From IMG/VR virus record IMGVR_UViG_3300043570_001981: a DNA stretch of 20,000 nt; one strand, 5' to 3'. This stretch comes from an uncultured virus (IMG/VR IMGVR_UViG_3300043570_001981). Its lineage: Duplodnaviria > Heunggongvirae > Uroviricota > Caudoviricetes. Under the pieces are notes generated by a model. It saw nothing but the letters and a program-made list of their open reading frames with translations, was not told the origin of the DNA and made no database searches. Numbering within the stretch: position 1 is the first letter of the stretch; each line of letters begins with the position of its first letter. Positions 1 to 9,501 of the stretch are shown here, piece by piece. Made by a program: the position numbers and the translations under genes.

Positions 1-316
1 CATAACGATTCACACCATTACTTATTATAAAATAGGGAGGTATTTTATAATTCACACCATCTGGGTCGAAGAAAACATAAGCAAATAAATCACCAATCGT
101 TTTAACGGCTGGATCAACTGGCCAAGTACCCTTTCTTAGCTTAGTTATTTTGATGGCTTCTTCCCTCGATTTTTTCCAAGGACCAAGTTTTTTTGTTTCG
201 GCTGTATATAGTTTCTCCAACTCAGCATTAAACGCATCTATAAATTTTTTAATGTCACCAGTTTGTGTTGATGATCCTGAAGTTCCTGATGATTCAATTT
301 CGCTTTGAGTTGCCAT
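1..316 (-). CDS. Hypothetical protein, 5' part only (runs off the window edge); probably virion/baseplate-associated
   Basis: Not in the ORF track. ATG at 316 reads MATQSEIESSGTSGSSTQTGDIKKFIDAFNAELEKLY...ISNGVNRY with no stop to position 1. It starts 15 nt downstream of the 839-aa gene on the same strand. Confidence 0.8.
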   Translation of the reverse strand, partial: MATQSEIESSGTSGSSTQTGDIKKFIDAFNAELEKLYTAETKKLGPWKKSREEAIKITKLRKGTWPVDPAVKTIGDLFAYVFFDPDGVNYKIPPYFIISNGVNRY

Positions 317-331
317 TTTTTATTTAATTTT

Positions 332-2851
332 TTAATTCCACCAATTTATAATAACAGATCCACTTGGACTTGGTGTTACAGTTGTTGGTGTTGTTGGTCC
401 TGGTACCACCGATTGTGTTCCTGATGCAGAAGAACCAGGTTGATTTGGATCACTCACTCCAGTACTTTGAACAGAAACATCAGTCCCATCTATTTGTTTA
501 ACATCAGCTAATACTTCTCTACCATCAGCTGATAAACTTTTAATAGTAACTATATATTTTCTACCATCTTTGTCCTTAACAGTATAAGATTCACCAGGAG
601 TATAAACACTATTTGGTAAAACAACGGATGGTGTAGCACCAACTGGATTTTCGTTAATCTCTTTAACCTCTTTCTTCTTTTCAATTGGGACCGGATTATT
701 CATCTCATCAGGTTTTTTACCCATTTCTTTTCTAACAAGTTTAACCTTTTGAGATAACTTACCACTTATCCAAAGATATGTTATATCAAGTATTATATAC
801 TCACCAGAATATCTAAAGTTAGCTTCTTCAGGGTTTGTTGGTGTAGTAGTTGGATTTGTTATTTGAATATTAATTTTTTGAAATTTATATAAATTAAAAT
901 TCGGATTAGGCATTGAAACATCTACTACTATTTTATTTAACTCATTTAGATTTATTCTATTTTGAGTAATAGCATAATTATAATTTTTATGAACATTATC
1001 CGTATCTATTTTACCAGTAAATTTAGTTCTAATATTAGTATCAAATTCGGTTTTATCATTTTGAGCACCCTTTGTAGAAATGGTTTTACTACCATCTGAT
1101 GATGTTGAGTCTACATTAAATACTAAAAAAGATTTTGATATTCTATCATAAGCCTTTGTTACAGTTAGTAATCCATTTCTTATAGCTTTTTTAGTTGAGT
1201 CGTTTTTAGTTGTATAACTTTCAAAATAAAAAGCAGAGTCTTTTAAAGCTTTATCATTTGATAACATCATCTTTTTTATTCTAGCGGATTCATCTGATGT
1301 ACTAGCTTTAGAAATACCAGCTGTGTCTATACCAACATCTTTTGATATATCACGTTTCATCTCTTTTTCAATATCAACGTAATTAAAACAATAGTAATAA
1401 TCTATATAACCACCCATATATGCTTCATCATCTATATAAGAATGTGCGATAATCTCTTCTATAAATTCATGTGGTTTAGTATTTGGATTTCTCCAAGACA
1501 TACTATCGGTTGTATTATTAATATTTGAGTTAAATCCTAATTTTAAATCTTTACACACATTTCTTATAGCCTCAAATGAAGTACCCGTATAAGAATTATT
1601 ATTAACTTTATATAAATCAGGTACATAAATAGTTCCAGTCGCGTCATAAGATCCGGTATTTTGAATTTGAACACAAGTTAATACATTAAAAACAAAATGA
1701 ATTGGTTTTAAATTTGAAGATCCTGGATTAAGAAATAGTTCCATTGTAGTATCACCCATTGGTGGATGAGTGGTTATTATTCCTTTGGTGTCTTTGAAGC
1801 TAAATTTTATTTTAGGAACAATTCCATCATGATATAAAATCAGTGATGATATATCACTCTCACTTATATTAAACGCTTGATAATGTATATATGGTTTAAA
1901 TCCTAAATCTTGTGTGATATTTGATTGGTCACCCTTGGCCAGTTTATCTTTTTCCTGAACTATCTCATTAATTACTATTGTGGGTTTATCAATTTGAGCG
2001 ATAATAGGTCTATTACCGGTTACTTTACTTTCTGGTTCTGTTACTTTACTTTCTTCCTGCGGTGTTACAACCTCCTCTGCTAAAACCTCGATAGCCACAT
2101 CAATAGGATCTACAAGTGTAGAAGACTCACCATGAGATATTGTTATTACATAAAATCCAGGATCAGTAAATTGTAAATCTTTGAATACAACATTAGCATT
2201 TACTATTTCAGCTTCAGCGATACCAGTCAATTCACCAGGTCCGCTTTTCTTTTTAACAAACAATTTACCAGTAACACTTAAAGGATCAACTCTTGGTTCC
2301 TCAGGTACAGGAGCTATGGCATTTTCTGAGTTTGATGCACTTCCACTAATAGGTTTTTTTGGATTTGCAACTTCTTTAGCCGCATAATAATCATCCCATA
2401 ACTTTCTTCTAGTTTTTAAATCTTCATCTTCTTCAGGTATTACTAATGGATCGAATGGATCTTGTATTATTGAAAAAACGTTTTTAGATTCTTTACCTGG
2501 TGTATAATTCTGGTTATTACTAGCTTCCGGAAAAATTGGATAATCAGCTGGAACAGAATAGTAGGTTAAATCAGCTCCTCTTTTTCCACTATTTAAAGAA
2601 TTTAAATAGCTTTGTATGTAATCATCATCAGAAAAAGTGGCATATATCCCCTTTTTCTTTCCAAAAGATGGTGAGAATACACCAGTGGGTTTACCAGAAT
2701 CGGCACGATAGGATATAACATAATATTCCTTATCTCTAATTTCTAAAGATAGCTTACCATCTAATCCACCAAGCTCCTTAGATGGCCCGATTTTGGTGCC
2801 ACCGGATTCCCTACCTCTTATTCGTACTTGTTTAACTATTGTTGTTGCCAT
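332..2851 (-). CDS. Putative baseplate hub protein (T4 gp27/VgrG-like core) with N-terminal extra domain, Ig-like insert and Ser/Thr/Pro-rich tail
   Basis: 839-aa ORF. The core (about nt 1910-726) has hub-like features: ISSLILYHDGIVPKIKFSFKD, SFEAIRNVCKDLKL, and the C-terminal YSGEYIILDITY...QKVKLVRKE. GELTGIAEAEIVNANVVFKDLQFTDPGFYVITIS looks Ig-like. Neighbours are baseplate genes. Confidence 0.6.
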   Translation of the reverse strand: MATTIVKQVRIRGRESGGTKIGPSKELGGLDGKLSLEIRDKEYYVISYRADSGKPTGVFSPSFGKKKGIYATFSDDDYIQSYLNSLNSGKRGADLTYYSVPADYPIFPEASNNQNYTPGKESKNVFSIIQDPFDPLVIPEEDEDLKTRRKLWDDYYAAKEVANPKKPISGSASNSENAIAPVPEEPRVDPLSVTGKLFVKKKSGPGELTGIAEAEIVNANVVFKDLQFTDPGFYVITISHGESSTLVDPIDVAIEVLAEEVVTPQEESKVTEPESKVTGNRPIIAQIDKPTIVINEIVQEKDKLAKGDQSNITQDLGFKPYIHYQAFNISESDISSLILYHDGIVPKIKFSFKDTKGIITTHPPMGDTTMELFLNPGSSNLKPIHFVFNVLTCVQIQNTGSYDATGTIYVPDLYKVNNNSYTGTSFEAIRNVCKDLKLGFNSNINNTTDSMSWRNPNTKPHEFIEEIIAHSYIDDEAYMGGYIDYYYCFNYVDIEKEMKRDISKDVGIDTAGISKASTSDESARIKKMMLSNDKALKDSAFYFESYTTKNDSTKKAIRNGLLTVTKAYDRISKSFLVFNVDSTSSDGSKTISTKGAQNDKTEFDTNIRTKFTGKIDTDNVHKNYNYAITQNRINLNELNKIVVDVSMPNPNFNLYKFQKINIQITNPTTTPTNPEEANFRYSGEYIILDITYLWISGKLSQKVKLVRKEMGKKPDEMNNPVPIEKKKEVKEINENPVGATPSVVLPNSVYTPGESYTVKDKDGRKYIVTIKSLSADGREVLADVKQIDGTDVSVQSTGVSDPNQPGSSASGTQSVVPGPTTPTTVTPSPSGSVIINWWN

Positions 2852-2871
2852 GGTAAATAATTTTAATATTA

Positions 2872-2881
2872 TTATATATTA
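2872..2881 (-). promoter_or_regulatory. Putative phage promoter core TAATATATAA
   Basis: TAATATATAA on the minus strand about 20 nt upstream of the ATG at 2851. The same core recurs upstream of most genes in the window. Confidence 0.55.
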
Positions 2882-2905
2882 AAACAGTTACTTTACAGGG
2901 AGTAG

Positions 2906-4516
2906 TTAAATATTAATTTTTGTAATTTTATAAGGATATCCTCTTTTTATGTAGAATTTTTCTCTTTCCTTAAAATGTCGAAAAAGAATATTTGACATTT
3001 CCTTACTTGAAAAAACGTCAACTAAGTCGAATATATTGGCTTTCTTTTTATCATCGTGTAAACGAAGAGCTCGGCCTATGGATTGGATAATAATTTGTTC
3101 AGATTTAAATGAGTCTGCAAAAATAACATTGAAAATAGCATTAATAGAAACTCCAGTTGATAAAGTACCATAGGACGCTACAAGAACTTTAACTTTATCA
3201 CTAGTGTTCTCCATTTCTTTTTTAATAATCTCTCTTTTCTTACCACTTACTTCACCATCAATATAGTAAAAGTCTTTATTGGGTAATTCATTTTTAAGTT
3301 TATTAAATATCTTTTGACCATACTCAATTGTATGAAATAGTAATAAAGTATTTGAATCACATTTATCTACAATCTTTTTAATAAACTCTAATCTCTTGTC
3401 AGATTGATGTATATAATCTTTTTCTAAATCAAAAGCATCTTTACCATTTCCACCTCTTCTAATTTCTGTCATTCTGCCATCAAATTCTAAATCTTCATGA
3501 TTCATGATTACAACCTTAACATCCATTGGTGTAATAATACCTTTTTCTTTTAATTCATTTGCAGAAACCTCAGTTATCTTTGGACCCAATACGGATTGAA
3601 TTGTTAATATTTCACAAGTGTCTTCTTCAGGAAATGTACCAGAAACTCCAAATCTTGAATAAGCTGATTTAAATGTGTGTCCTAAAATAGTTGTAATTGT
3701 TTTGGCTTTAGCACCGTGTGCCTCATCTGTTACAACCGTGTGAAATTGTTTGAAGAATTCTTTTGGCCATTTTTCCAAAGATTGATAAGTTCCAATATAA
3801 ACATTAGCATCTAATGTACCAGACCATTTACGAGGTCTTTCAGACATCACTTCTTCAATTCTAATATCACAAGGTTTGTGAGAAGTGTTTAGAATATGAT
3901 CAGACTTTTGGTCTCTCATTTCCAAAATATTATTAAATCCAATATTATACTCTATTATGTTATCATAGAACTGAGTTACTAGTGTAATAGACGGAACTAT
4001 AATAAGAAATTTAGCTTTGGTGTCTATTTTATTTAGAGTATAAAAAAGAACAATTGATATGATTAAAGATTTACCACCTGATGTAGCAACTTCAGCCATA
4101 CAATATCTATTCTTTAGAATCTTATAAGCAGCCTCGATTTGATGGTCATATGGGACAAAGGGAATCCACTCACCGGATTTGGTTCTAACTTTATGAGTTT
4201 TAAAAAAATCATCACAGAAATCTCTAACACCTTGTAAAGTAACATCTCTGTTTAAAGGAAACTCATCTTTGTTTTCCATTACAAAGCTAGTTTCAATTTC
4301 TTTACAACCTCTCATAGCTTCTTTCCAAAGACCTAGATTAATTCTACCATTTTTGAAATATGTTTGCTGTCCATTCCACACACCCATTTTAAAAGCAGGC
4401 ATATATCTATACCCCTTCACATGACGGGTTAACCATAGACTTACTTGATGATATTCTATTCTTGTAGCCTCTGATACAACTAATTCTTCAGTATCTTTAT
4501 CATATCTAAATTTCAT
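2906..4516 (-). CDS. uvsW: UvsW-like superfamily 2 DNA helicase
   Basis: PYDHQ Q-motif, Walker A ATSGGKS, IIVPSITLVTQF (Ia), DEAH (II), GVSGT (III), SYGTLSTGVSI (V) and QSIGRALR (VI). The N-terminal YRYMPAFKMGVWNG is typical of T4-like UvsW. Confidence 0.93.
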   Translation of the reverse strand: MKFRYDKDTEELVVSEATRIEYHQVSLWLTRHVKGYRYMPAFKMGVWNGQQTYFKNGRINLGLWKEAMRGCKEIETSFVMENKDEFPLNRDVTLQGVRDFCDDFFKTHKVRTKSGEWIPFVPYDHQIEAAYKILKNRYCMAEVATSGGKSLIISIVLFYTLNKIDTKAKFLIIVPSITLVTQFYDNIIEYNIGFNNILEMRDQKSDHILNTSHKPCDIRIEEVMSERPRKWSGTLDANVYIGTYQSLEKWPKEFFKQFHTVVTDEAHGAKAKTITTILGHTFKSAYSRFGVSGTFPEEDTCEILTIQSVLGPKITEVSANELKEKGIITPMDVKVVIMNHEDLEFDGRMTEIRRGGNGKDAFDLEKDYIHQSDKRLEFIKKIVDKCDSNTLLLFHTIEYGQKIFNKLKNELPNKDFYYIDGEVSGKKREIIKKEMENTSDKVKVLVASYGTLSTGVSINAIFNVIFADSFKSEQIIIQSIGRALRLHDDKKKANIFDLVDVFSSKEMSNILFRHFKEREKFYIKRGYPYKITKINI

Positions 4517-4524
4517 CTTCCTAT

Positions 4525-4617
4525 TATATATAAAATAACAACTTATGTTTAAATATCTACATTTTTGTGGATATTTTGAGGTTTTTTACAGAGGGAGATT
4601 GAGTAAGTGTATATATA
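4525..4617. promoter_or_regulatory. Divergent promoter region with two TATATATA cores (4525-4532 for uvsW; 4610-4617 for the Lys-rich gene)
   Basis: TATATATA lies immediately upstream of each of the two divergent start codons. Confidence 0.5.
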
Positions 4618-4636
4618 ATAAAAAATAAATTAAACT

Positions 4637-4987
4637 ATGAATATATTATCATTCTTTAAAAAATTGTTTGGGATAGCTAAAAAAGAGGTTGAAATTGTTG
4701 TTGAGACTAAAGTTGAGCCAGCAGTTGAGGCTTATGTAAAACAGAAAATTCAAGAAATTGATGTTGAAAAAGCAACAAAAGCAATAGAAACTAGACTTGC
4801 TGAAATAGCTACTGAGAAAAAAGTTACAGCTAAGGAAATCAAAGCTAAGGTAAAAACACCTGATACTACTGATAAACCCGCTGCTAAACCAGTTAAAGCT
4901 AAACCTGCTAAGACTAAAGCAACTACTGAGAAAGTTGAAACTAAACCAGTTTCAAAACCTCGTAAAAAGGCTGAACCAAAGAAATAA
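4637..4987 (+). CDS. Small Lys/Ala/Pro-rich protein with amphipathic N-terminus (histone H1-like tail)
   Basis: 116 aa. MNILSFFKKLFG N-terminus; C-terminal KPAAKPVKAKPAKTKA...KPRKKAEPKK. Has its own promoter motif and a terminator. Confidence 0.8.
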   Translation: MNILSFFKKLFGIAKKEVEIVVETKVEPAVEAYVKQKIQEIDVEKATKAIETRLAEIATEKKVTAKEIKAKVKTPDTTDKPAAKPVKAKPAKTKATTEKVETKPVSKPRKKAEPKK

Positions 4988-5004
4988 TTAGAAATAATTA
5001 GAAA
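4981..5004. repeat. Short tandem repeat (GAAATAATTA x2.4)
   Basis: gaaataatta gaaataatta gaaa, spanning the stop codon of the 116-aa gene. Confidence 0.6.
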
Positions 5005-5006
5005 CT

Positions 5007-5038
5007 AAAAAACCCACTCAATTTTGAGTGGGTTTTTT
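5007..5038. terminator. Bidirectional intrinsic terminator
   Basis: AAAAAACCCACTCA-ATTT-TGAGTGGGTTTTTT perfect inverted repeat between convergent genes. Confidence 0.9.
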
Positions 5039-7068
5039 TATGCTAAATTAGAATTTTGCTTTTTAATAGCAGCTATCCCTTTATCACTCAATCGCCAAAG
5101 AGCTACTGAATCAGGATTAACGTGGTTTTGTTGAATGCTATTTCCTTGTTTGAAATCACTCATCCAAGAGTATCCTGTCCAAACCTGTATGTGTCCATAA
5201 TCTTTCCCACCACTATAAGCCATAGCAATAACATCACCTACTTGCCACTGACTTTTACTATCTTTGTGTAGATATGTTCCTTTCCAAGATCCATTAATTT
5301 GTGTGATTTTAGTTTTATCCTTATAATATCCAGTTTTAGAGAAGCTACTTTTATTATCTGATCCTGATGGATTTGTAGGACCAAAAGAAAACCAATCAGC
5401 ATTACCAGATATCTGACCGACTGCTTTCACACCAGTCAGAGCATATAATACAGCTTGAGTTCCTTGTGGACATAAACCGTGTATACCTTTAGTATAACCT
5501 TTTTTCATGTTTTCAGCATTTACTCTAGCACCTTTACCAAGTTCTCTTGCACATTTACCAGCTAAATCAATTAAGGCATCAAATGAAGATACAGGCTTTA
5601 TTTCAACTGGAGCACCCGGAGGAGTAGCATTCTCAGCGGAATTAGAATCTTGTTGACCCTTTGATACATCGTCTTGTATCTGCCAAACTTTAGGAGTGAT
5701 TCCAGTTTCTTCTTCTTTACCTGAAAATGCAGTTTCTTCATATGGATCTGGATTTTCAACATCATCCTCAACCAATCCAGATGGATTAAGACCACTAGCA
5801 TCAGAAGCCGTAGGTCCTGGAGGATCTCCAAGATAAACAGTAAAATCAGGAAGACTAACTTTAGTTTTAACTTTAATACTTCCATCAGTTTCACCAGAAA
5901 GACTAGTAACACCTGGTAGTCCAAAAACATTTAATTTAACTTTTTTAGGAGTTAAAACAGGAACATCAGTAATAACACTAGGCGTTGTGCCAACTTCTGA
6001 TAAATTCACTATTGGACTTTTATAAGGTATTGAAGAACATGTTCCGGTATCTGGAAAACAAACTTTTAAAGCATAATCATACATTGAAATATTATAAACA
6101 TTACTAACTTGTCCTTTATATCCATTAATTATAAAATCTAAAATATAATCATCTTTAGCATAATCTGTAAAGTTATTAAGTACAGTAACATTACGTTCTT
6201 CAGTAATACCCTCTCCTCTTCTATTAATACCTGTTGTAAAAGAAGTCGTTCCTTTTGGAGCAGTACTGTATACCAAACCTTTACCCTCACCTACACCAAC
6301 CCACTCTAAGTATCCTTTACCACCATTCTCGGTGAAACCTGGGGGCATTGTAACTGAGACAAACTTATCTTGAACGGTAGGTTTATCTCTATAACCAGCA
6401 GAATAAGTTTTACCACTACTACCAAAGTCTGGATCAAAAACCTCTTTTTCCAAAACCCATTCAGATTGTGGTCTTAATGTTGGATTTTCTTTATCATCAG
6501 TATTATCCATATCTGATAATATAGGCTTATCATCTAACCACCTAGGTGGTCCCTCGGGATTCAATGATTCATTATAATTTTGGGCCTCACTCGGTGTAGA
6601 AAAAGTACCTAATTTAAAATCTGGATTAGGAACTTTTCCTGTCCATTTTATATTTACTTTACATCCATTATTTAAATAGTAAGGAGTTGGTCCAACATTA
6701 TCAACTTCAGGAGTTCCCAATCCACCACCACCATATATTCTTTTAGGAGGGGGAGTTTCACTGAATGGGTCTTGTAAATAATTAAAATATTCTCTTCTTG
6801 CCGATCTATTGCTCTTACCATAATAGTACCCTACTATTTGAGAGTAATATTCTATAACATTATGAATAACATAATCATCCTCATCAGCACTTGAGTACTT
6901 CTTACTTCTTTCGGGACTTTTAATACCTGAAGGACCACCATCACCTTCGTTATAAGTATTGTTTCCGGTAGGATCCCATATTTGAACATACTTCTTCCTA
7001 TTACCTTCATAAAGTTCTAATTTAATATTGTCAGCTAATCTAACAACCTTTTTAGGAGTATCTGCCAT
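5038..7068 (-). CDS. Large virion-associated protein with C-terminal CHAP/NlpC-P60-like cysteine peptidoglycan amidase domain
   Basis: 676 aa. The C-terminal about 180 aa has GLCPQGTQAVL (Cys), GNADWF, WQVGDVIAM, YGHIQVW (His) and WMSDFKQ. An acidic/Pro-rich linker precedes the domain. It lies next to the gp53-like gene. Confidence 0.7.
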   Translation of the reverse strand: MADTPKKVVRLADNIKLELYEGNRKKYVQIWDPTGNNTYNEGDGGPSGIKSPERSKKYSSADEDDYVIHNVIEYYSQIVGYYYGKSNRSARREYFNYLQDPFSETPPPKRIYGGGGLGTPEVDNVGPTPYYLNNGCKVNIKWTGKVPNPDFKLGTFSTPSEAQNYNESLNPEGPPRWLDDKPILSDMDNTDDKENPTLRPQSEWVLEKEVFDPDFGSSGKTYSAGYRDKPTVQDKFVSVTMPPGFTENGGKGYLEWVGVGEGKGLVYSTAPKGTTSFTTGINRRGEGITEERNVTVLNNFTDYAKDDYILDFIINGYKGQVSNVYNISMYDYALKVCFPDTGTCSSIPYKSPIVNLSEVGTTPSVITDVPVLTPKKVKLNVFGLPGVTSLSGETDGSIKVKTKVSLPDFTVYLGDPPGPTASDASGLNPSGLVEDDVENPDPYEETAFSGKEEETGITPKVWQIQDDVSKGQQDSNSAENATPPGAPVEIKPVSSFDALIDLAGKCARELGKGARVNAENMKKGYTKGIHGLCPQGTQAVLYALTGVKAVGQISGNADWFSFGPTNPSGSDNKSSFSKTGYYKDKTKITQINGSWKGTYLHKDSKSQWQVGDVIAMAYSGGKDYGHIQVWTGYSWMSDFKQGNSIQQNHVNPDSVALWRLSDKGIAAIKKQNSNLA

Positions 7069-7076
7069 TTTTATAA

Positions 7077-7565
7077 TTAATTATTATTCATTCCACCAAT
7101 TAGAATTGTATTCTCACCTGTTCTAACAGGATCTCTAGTCTTATCTAAAACAACAGGTGGTAATAGGTAATTATTTTCAACAAATTTTTGTCTACTACTA
7201 TCTTTCCTAGTTGATTTATTAGGAGCAGCAACAGCAAGAGTGTCTCTAACACTCTTAACTTTATTATCATTAATAAACATTCTAAATGTCTCTAACATTT
7301 CATACAACGGAAACTTTAGAATCATTCCTTCAACTATATTAAGAGGATTATCTATTCCATTAATATACAAAATAATATCAACATCAGAGAGAGCCGCATT
7401 ATAGTTTGGATACATTGATAACATAACAGAATCAATTCTCATTTCTTCATATTTCTGAACAGTATATTCGTATAAATCCGACTCAACAGTTCTTATATTA
7501 GGAGAAAATAAATTCCAATATTTAACTCTATCATCCTTTAAATCAGCTATACTAGTAATATTCAT
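7077..7565 (-). CDS. Baseplate wedge protein, T4 gp53-like (LysM-related)
   Basis: YTVQKYEEMRIDSVMLSMY...DIILYINGIDNPLNIVEGMILKFP matches the gp53/LysM-like pattern; baseplate context. Confidence 0.7.
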   Translation of the reverse strand: MNITSIADLKDDRVKYWNLFSPNIRTVESDLYEYTVQKYEEMRIDSVMLSMYPNYNAALSDVDIILYINGIDNPLNIVEGMILKFPLYEMLETFRMFINDNKVKSVRDTLAVAAPNKSTRKDSSRQKFVENNYLLPPVVLDKTRDPVRTGENTILIGGMNNN

Positions 7566-7583
7566 TTTATTTTATTTTATTTT

Positions 7584-9467
7584 TTATACTCTCGATCCAC
7601 CTGAAGTTCCAGAAGTTCCCGCTGATCCACTTGAGTTAGTGTTAGTTGTTGGTGTCGTCGGTACCGCACCGCTTGTACCAGTATTCGAAGCAGTTGATGC
7701 AACTTTATATATTCCTTCTTGAGAAAGATCAAGTGGTAAATAACCAAGAGGTTCAGTCTGTGAATCAGCAGGTTTTGTATTAGGCAATGTTTTAGTTTCA
7801 TAAAATGATTTTTGAACATCAACCGTTCTAAGATATCCACTATTAAATTTAGCCATTATTTCTTGAAGACCCCAGGGTCTAGCATTTGTTAATGTAAAAT
7901 CAACCGTTATAGAAGAAGGTAAATCATTAAAAGCTAATTGAGATCCCAGTTTTAATTGAACATTTTCTACTAACATATCACCACTACAAAACATAGGTCT
8001 CATTGGATTACCAATAGTTATATGCCATGGTGTGGAAGGAAGTCCAGATAAAGCATTAACAATACCTATTATCTTTACTCTATACTTTTGAATTAAACCA
8101 GACGTAATTTTCAGGCCAGCTTTTGATATTGCATCAACCGCCTTCATACTTAAATCCTTTGTCTCGTCTGCTAATTTTTTAGCTATTTCTTTTTCACTTG
8201 GTGTTGGTTCTTCTGTGGGTGGATCCGTAGGTGGTGGCGGATCTACCATTTCGGAAATTGCATTAGTGGCTGCTCCATAAATTTCCAATATTTTATCCGT
8301 AACTTCTTTTACAACATTTGTTATAGCATCTTTTATAGATCTAACAACATCTTTAATTAATGTATCTGGGTTATTTGCCCATCCTATCAATTTCGCAGCA
8401 GCGTTCTTACTCAATCCATAAGTTTCACTACTTGATGTACCAAATCTTAATATCATACCAAGTAAATCCATCCAAACAATTGTTGGATCTATACCAGATA
8501 TATACTTTAATTCATATTCACAAGTCATTTTTATATTAACAGCGCATTTAAGACCTGATCCAGCCGTAGAATAGCCGATTGTTTTTCTTTGTTTAGCTTG
8601 TTTAATTAAGTTTGGATTACCCGCTGGAATAGTACCTGCAGAACTCTCTTCTAACAATCCTAATTTACCTAAGAAATTTCTTTGAAATATTTCAGTAAAA
8701 CCTGGTAGAGGTAAGATATTACCACCTGCCCCCCCTATTCCACCCAAATTACCTAATCCTATATCATCTCCTAAAGAGCTTAGAATTCCCTTAAAGTCAG
8801 CTTCAGCATCCATCCACTCTTCCCCAAATGTAAAATCTAAAAAGTCAGTACCTTCTGGTTGCCAAGTAATTAAAGTAGCCAATGAAGTTATCTCATCTTT
8901 GCCCTTAGTAACCATTATATTATCGCCACTTGGAGCGGCAAATCTTCTAGCTATCATAAGTCTATTATTTGGATAAACACCAACATTTTTTAAATAAGCA
9001 AAGTCGGCAGGTTTTAAAGAACCTTTTGTTGGAGCTAACTGCTCAATTATATTCAATATACTCGTATCATAAACACTATTGGTGTGTAGATTTGCTTTAG
9101 GTTTATAATTATCAATACCTGCTTTCGCCGCTATTGGTTTCTTATTACCCTTAGCATCTTTAGCGTTTGAATCATTTAATATGGGATATTCAACATCACC
9201 AAGACCTTTAGAGTCCCAAGTCGGTTCTGTATCAACATCGTTACCATTAGCGTCCTTTATCTTACCAGGTCTCTTTTGTATATCAGGCCAAGCTCTTAAT
9301 ACTCTTTTACCCGTAAATAAAGATCCAGCTCTAGATTTATTATATAGACCTACATTGACATTTCGAGAATTACCACCATTGAACGTAGAGTTACCATTAA
9401 CATCTGGTGAACTCTTTAATCCAATAAGACCTAATGGGGATCCACCTAAACGAGCATTATTAGCCAT
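7584..9467 (-). CDS. Putative tail-tube/baseplate junction structural protein (gp48/gp54-like C-terminal domain)
   Basis: 627 aa. C-terminal PWHITIGNPMRPMFCSGDMLVENVQLKLG...NDLPSSITVDFTLTNARP resembles tube-fold baseplate proteins. It has a poly-Pro hinge and a Gly/Ser/Thr tail, and sits directly upstream of the gp53-like gene. Confidence 0.45.
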   Translation of the reverse strand: MANNARLGGSPLGLIGLKSSPDVNGNSTFNGGNSRNVNVGLYNKSRAGSLFTGKRVLRAWPDIQKRPGKIKDANGNDVDTEPTWDSKGLGDVEYPILNDSNAKDAKGNKKPIAAKAGIDNYKPKANLHTNSVYDTSILNIIEQLAPTKGSLKPADFAYLKNVGVYPNNRLMIARRFAAPSGDNIMVTKGKDEITSLATLITWQPEGTDFLDFTFGEEWMDAEADFKGILSSLGDDIGLGNLGGIGGAGGNILPLPGFTEIFQRNFLGKLGLLEESSAGTIPAGNPNLIKQAKQRKTIGYSTAGSGLKCAVNIKMTCEYELKYISGIDPTIVWMDLLGMILRFGTSSSETYGLSKNAAAKLIGWANNPDTLIKDVVRSIKDAITNVVKEVTDKILEIYGAATNAISEMVDPPPPTDPPTEEPTPSEKEIAKKLADETKDLSMKAVDAISKAGLKITSGLIQKYRVKIIGIVNALSGLPSTPWHITIGNPMRPMFCSGDMLVENVQLKLGSQLAFNDLPSSITVDFTLTNARPWGLQEIMAKFNSGYLRTVDVQKSFYETKTLPNTKPADSQTEPLGYLPLDLSQEGIYKVASTASNTGTSGAVPTTPTTNTNSSGSAGTSGTSGGSRV

Positions 9468-9484
9468 ATTAATAATTTAATTTT

Positions 9485-9495
9485 TATTATATATT
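9485..9495 (-). promoter_or_regulatory. Putative phage promoter core TAATATATAA
   Basis: Minus strand AATTTAATATATAATAAA about 20 nt upstream of the ATG at 9467. Confidence 0.55.
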
Positions 9496-9501
9496 AAATT
9501 G

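Noticed and set aside
2181..2718. Plus-strand ORFs 2181-2387 and 2536-2718
   Set aside because: Antisense shadows inside the 839-aa gene with no recognisable motifs.
2892..4597. Imperfect direct repeat TTTACAG(AG)GGAG flanking uvsW (2892-2902, 4585-4597) as an insertion scar
   Set aside because: Short and imperfect. uvsW near baseplate genes is also seen in T4, and the second copy is better explained as part of a promoter.
274..7630. Similar DNA at about 274-295 and 7594-7620
   Set aside because: Both encode low-complexity SGTSG linkers; this is not an independent DNA repeat.
5598..9480. ORFs 5598-5930, 7577-7840 and 9181-9480
   Set aside because: Alternate-frame or antisense ORFs almost entirely inside well-supported long genes.
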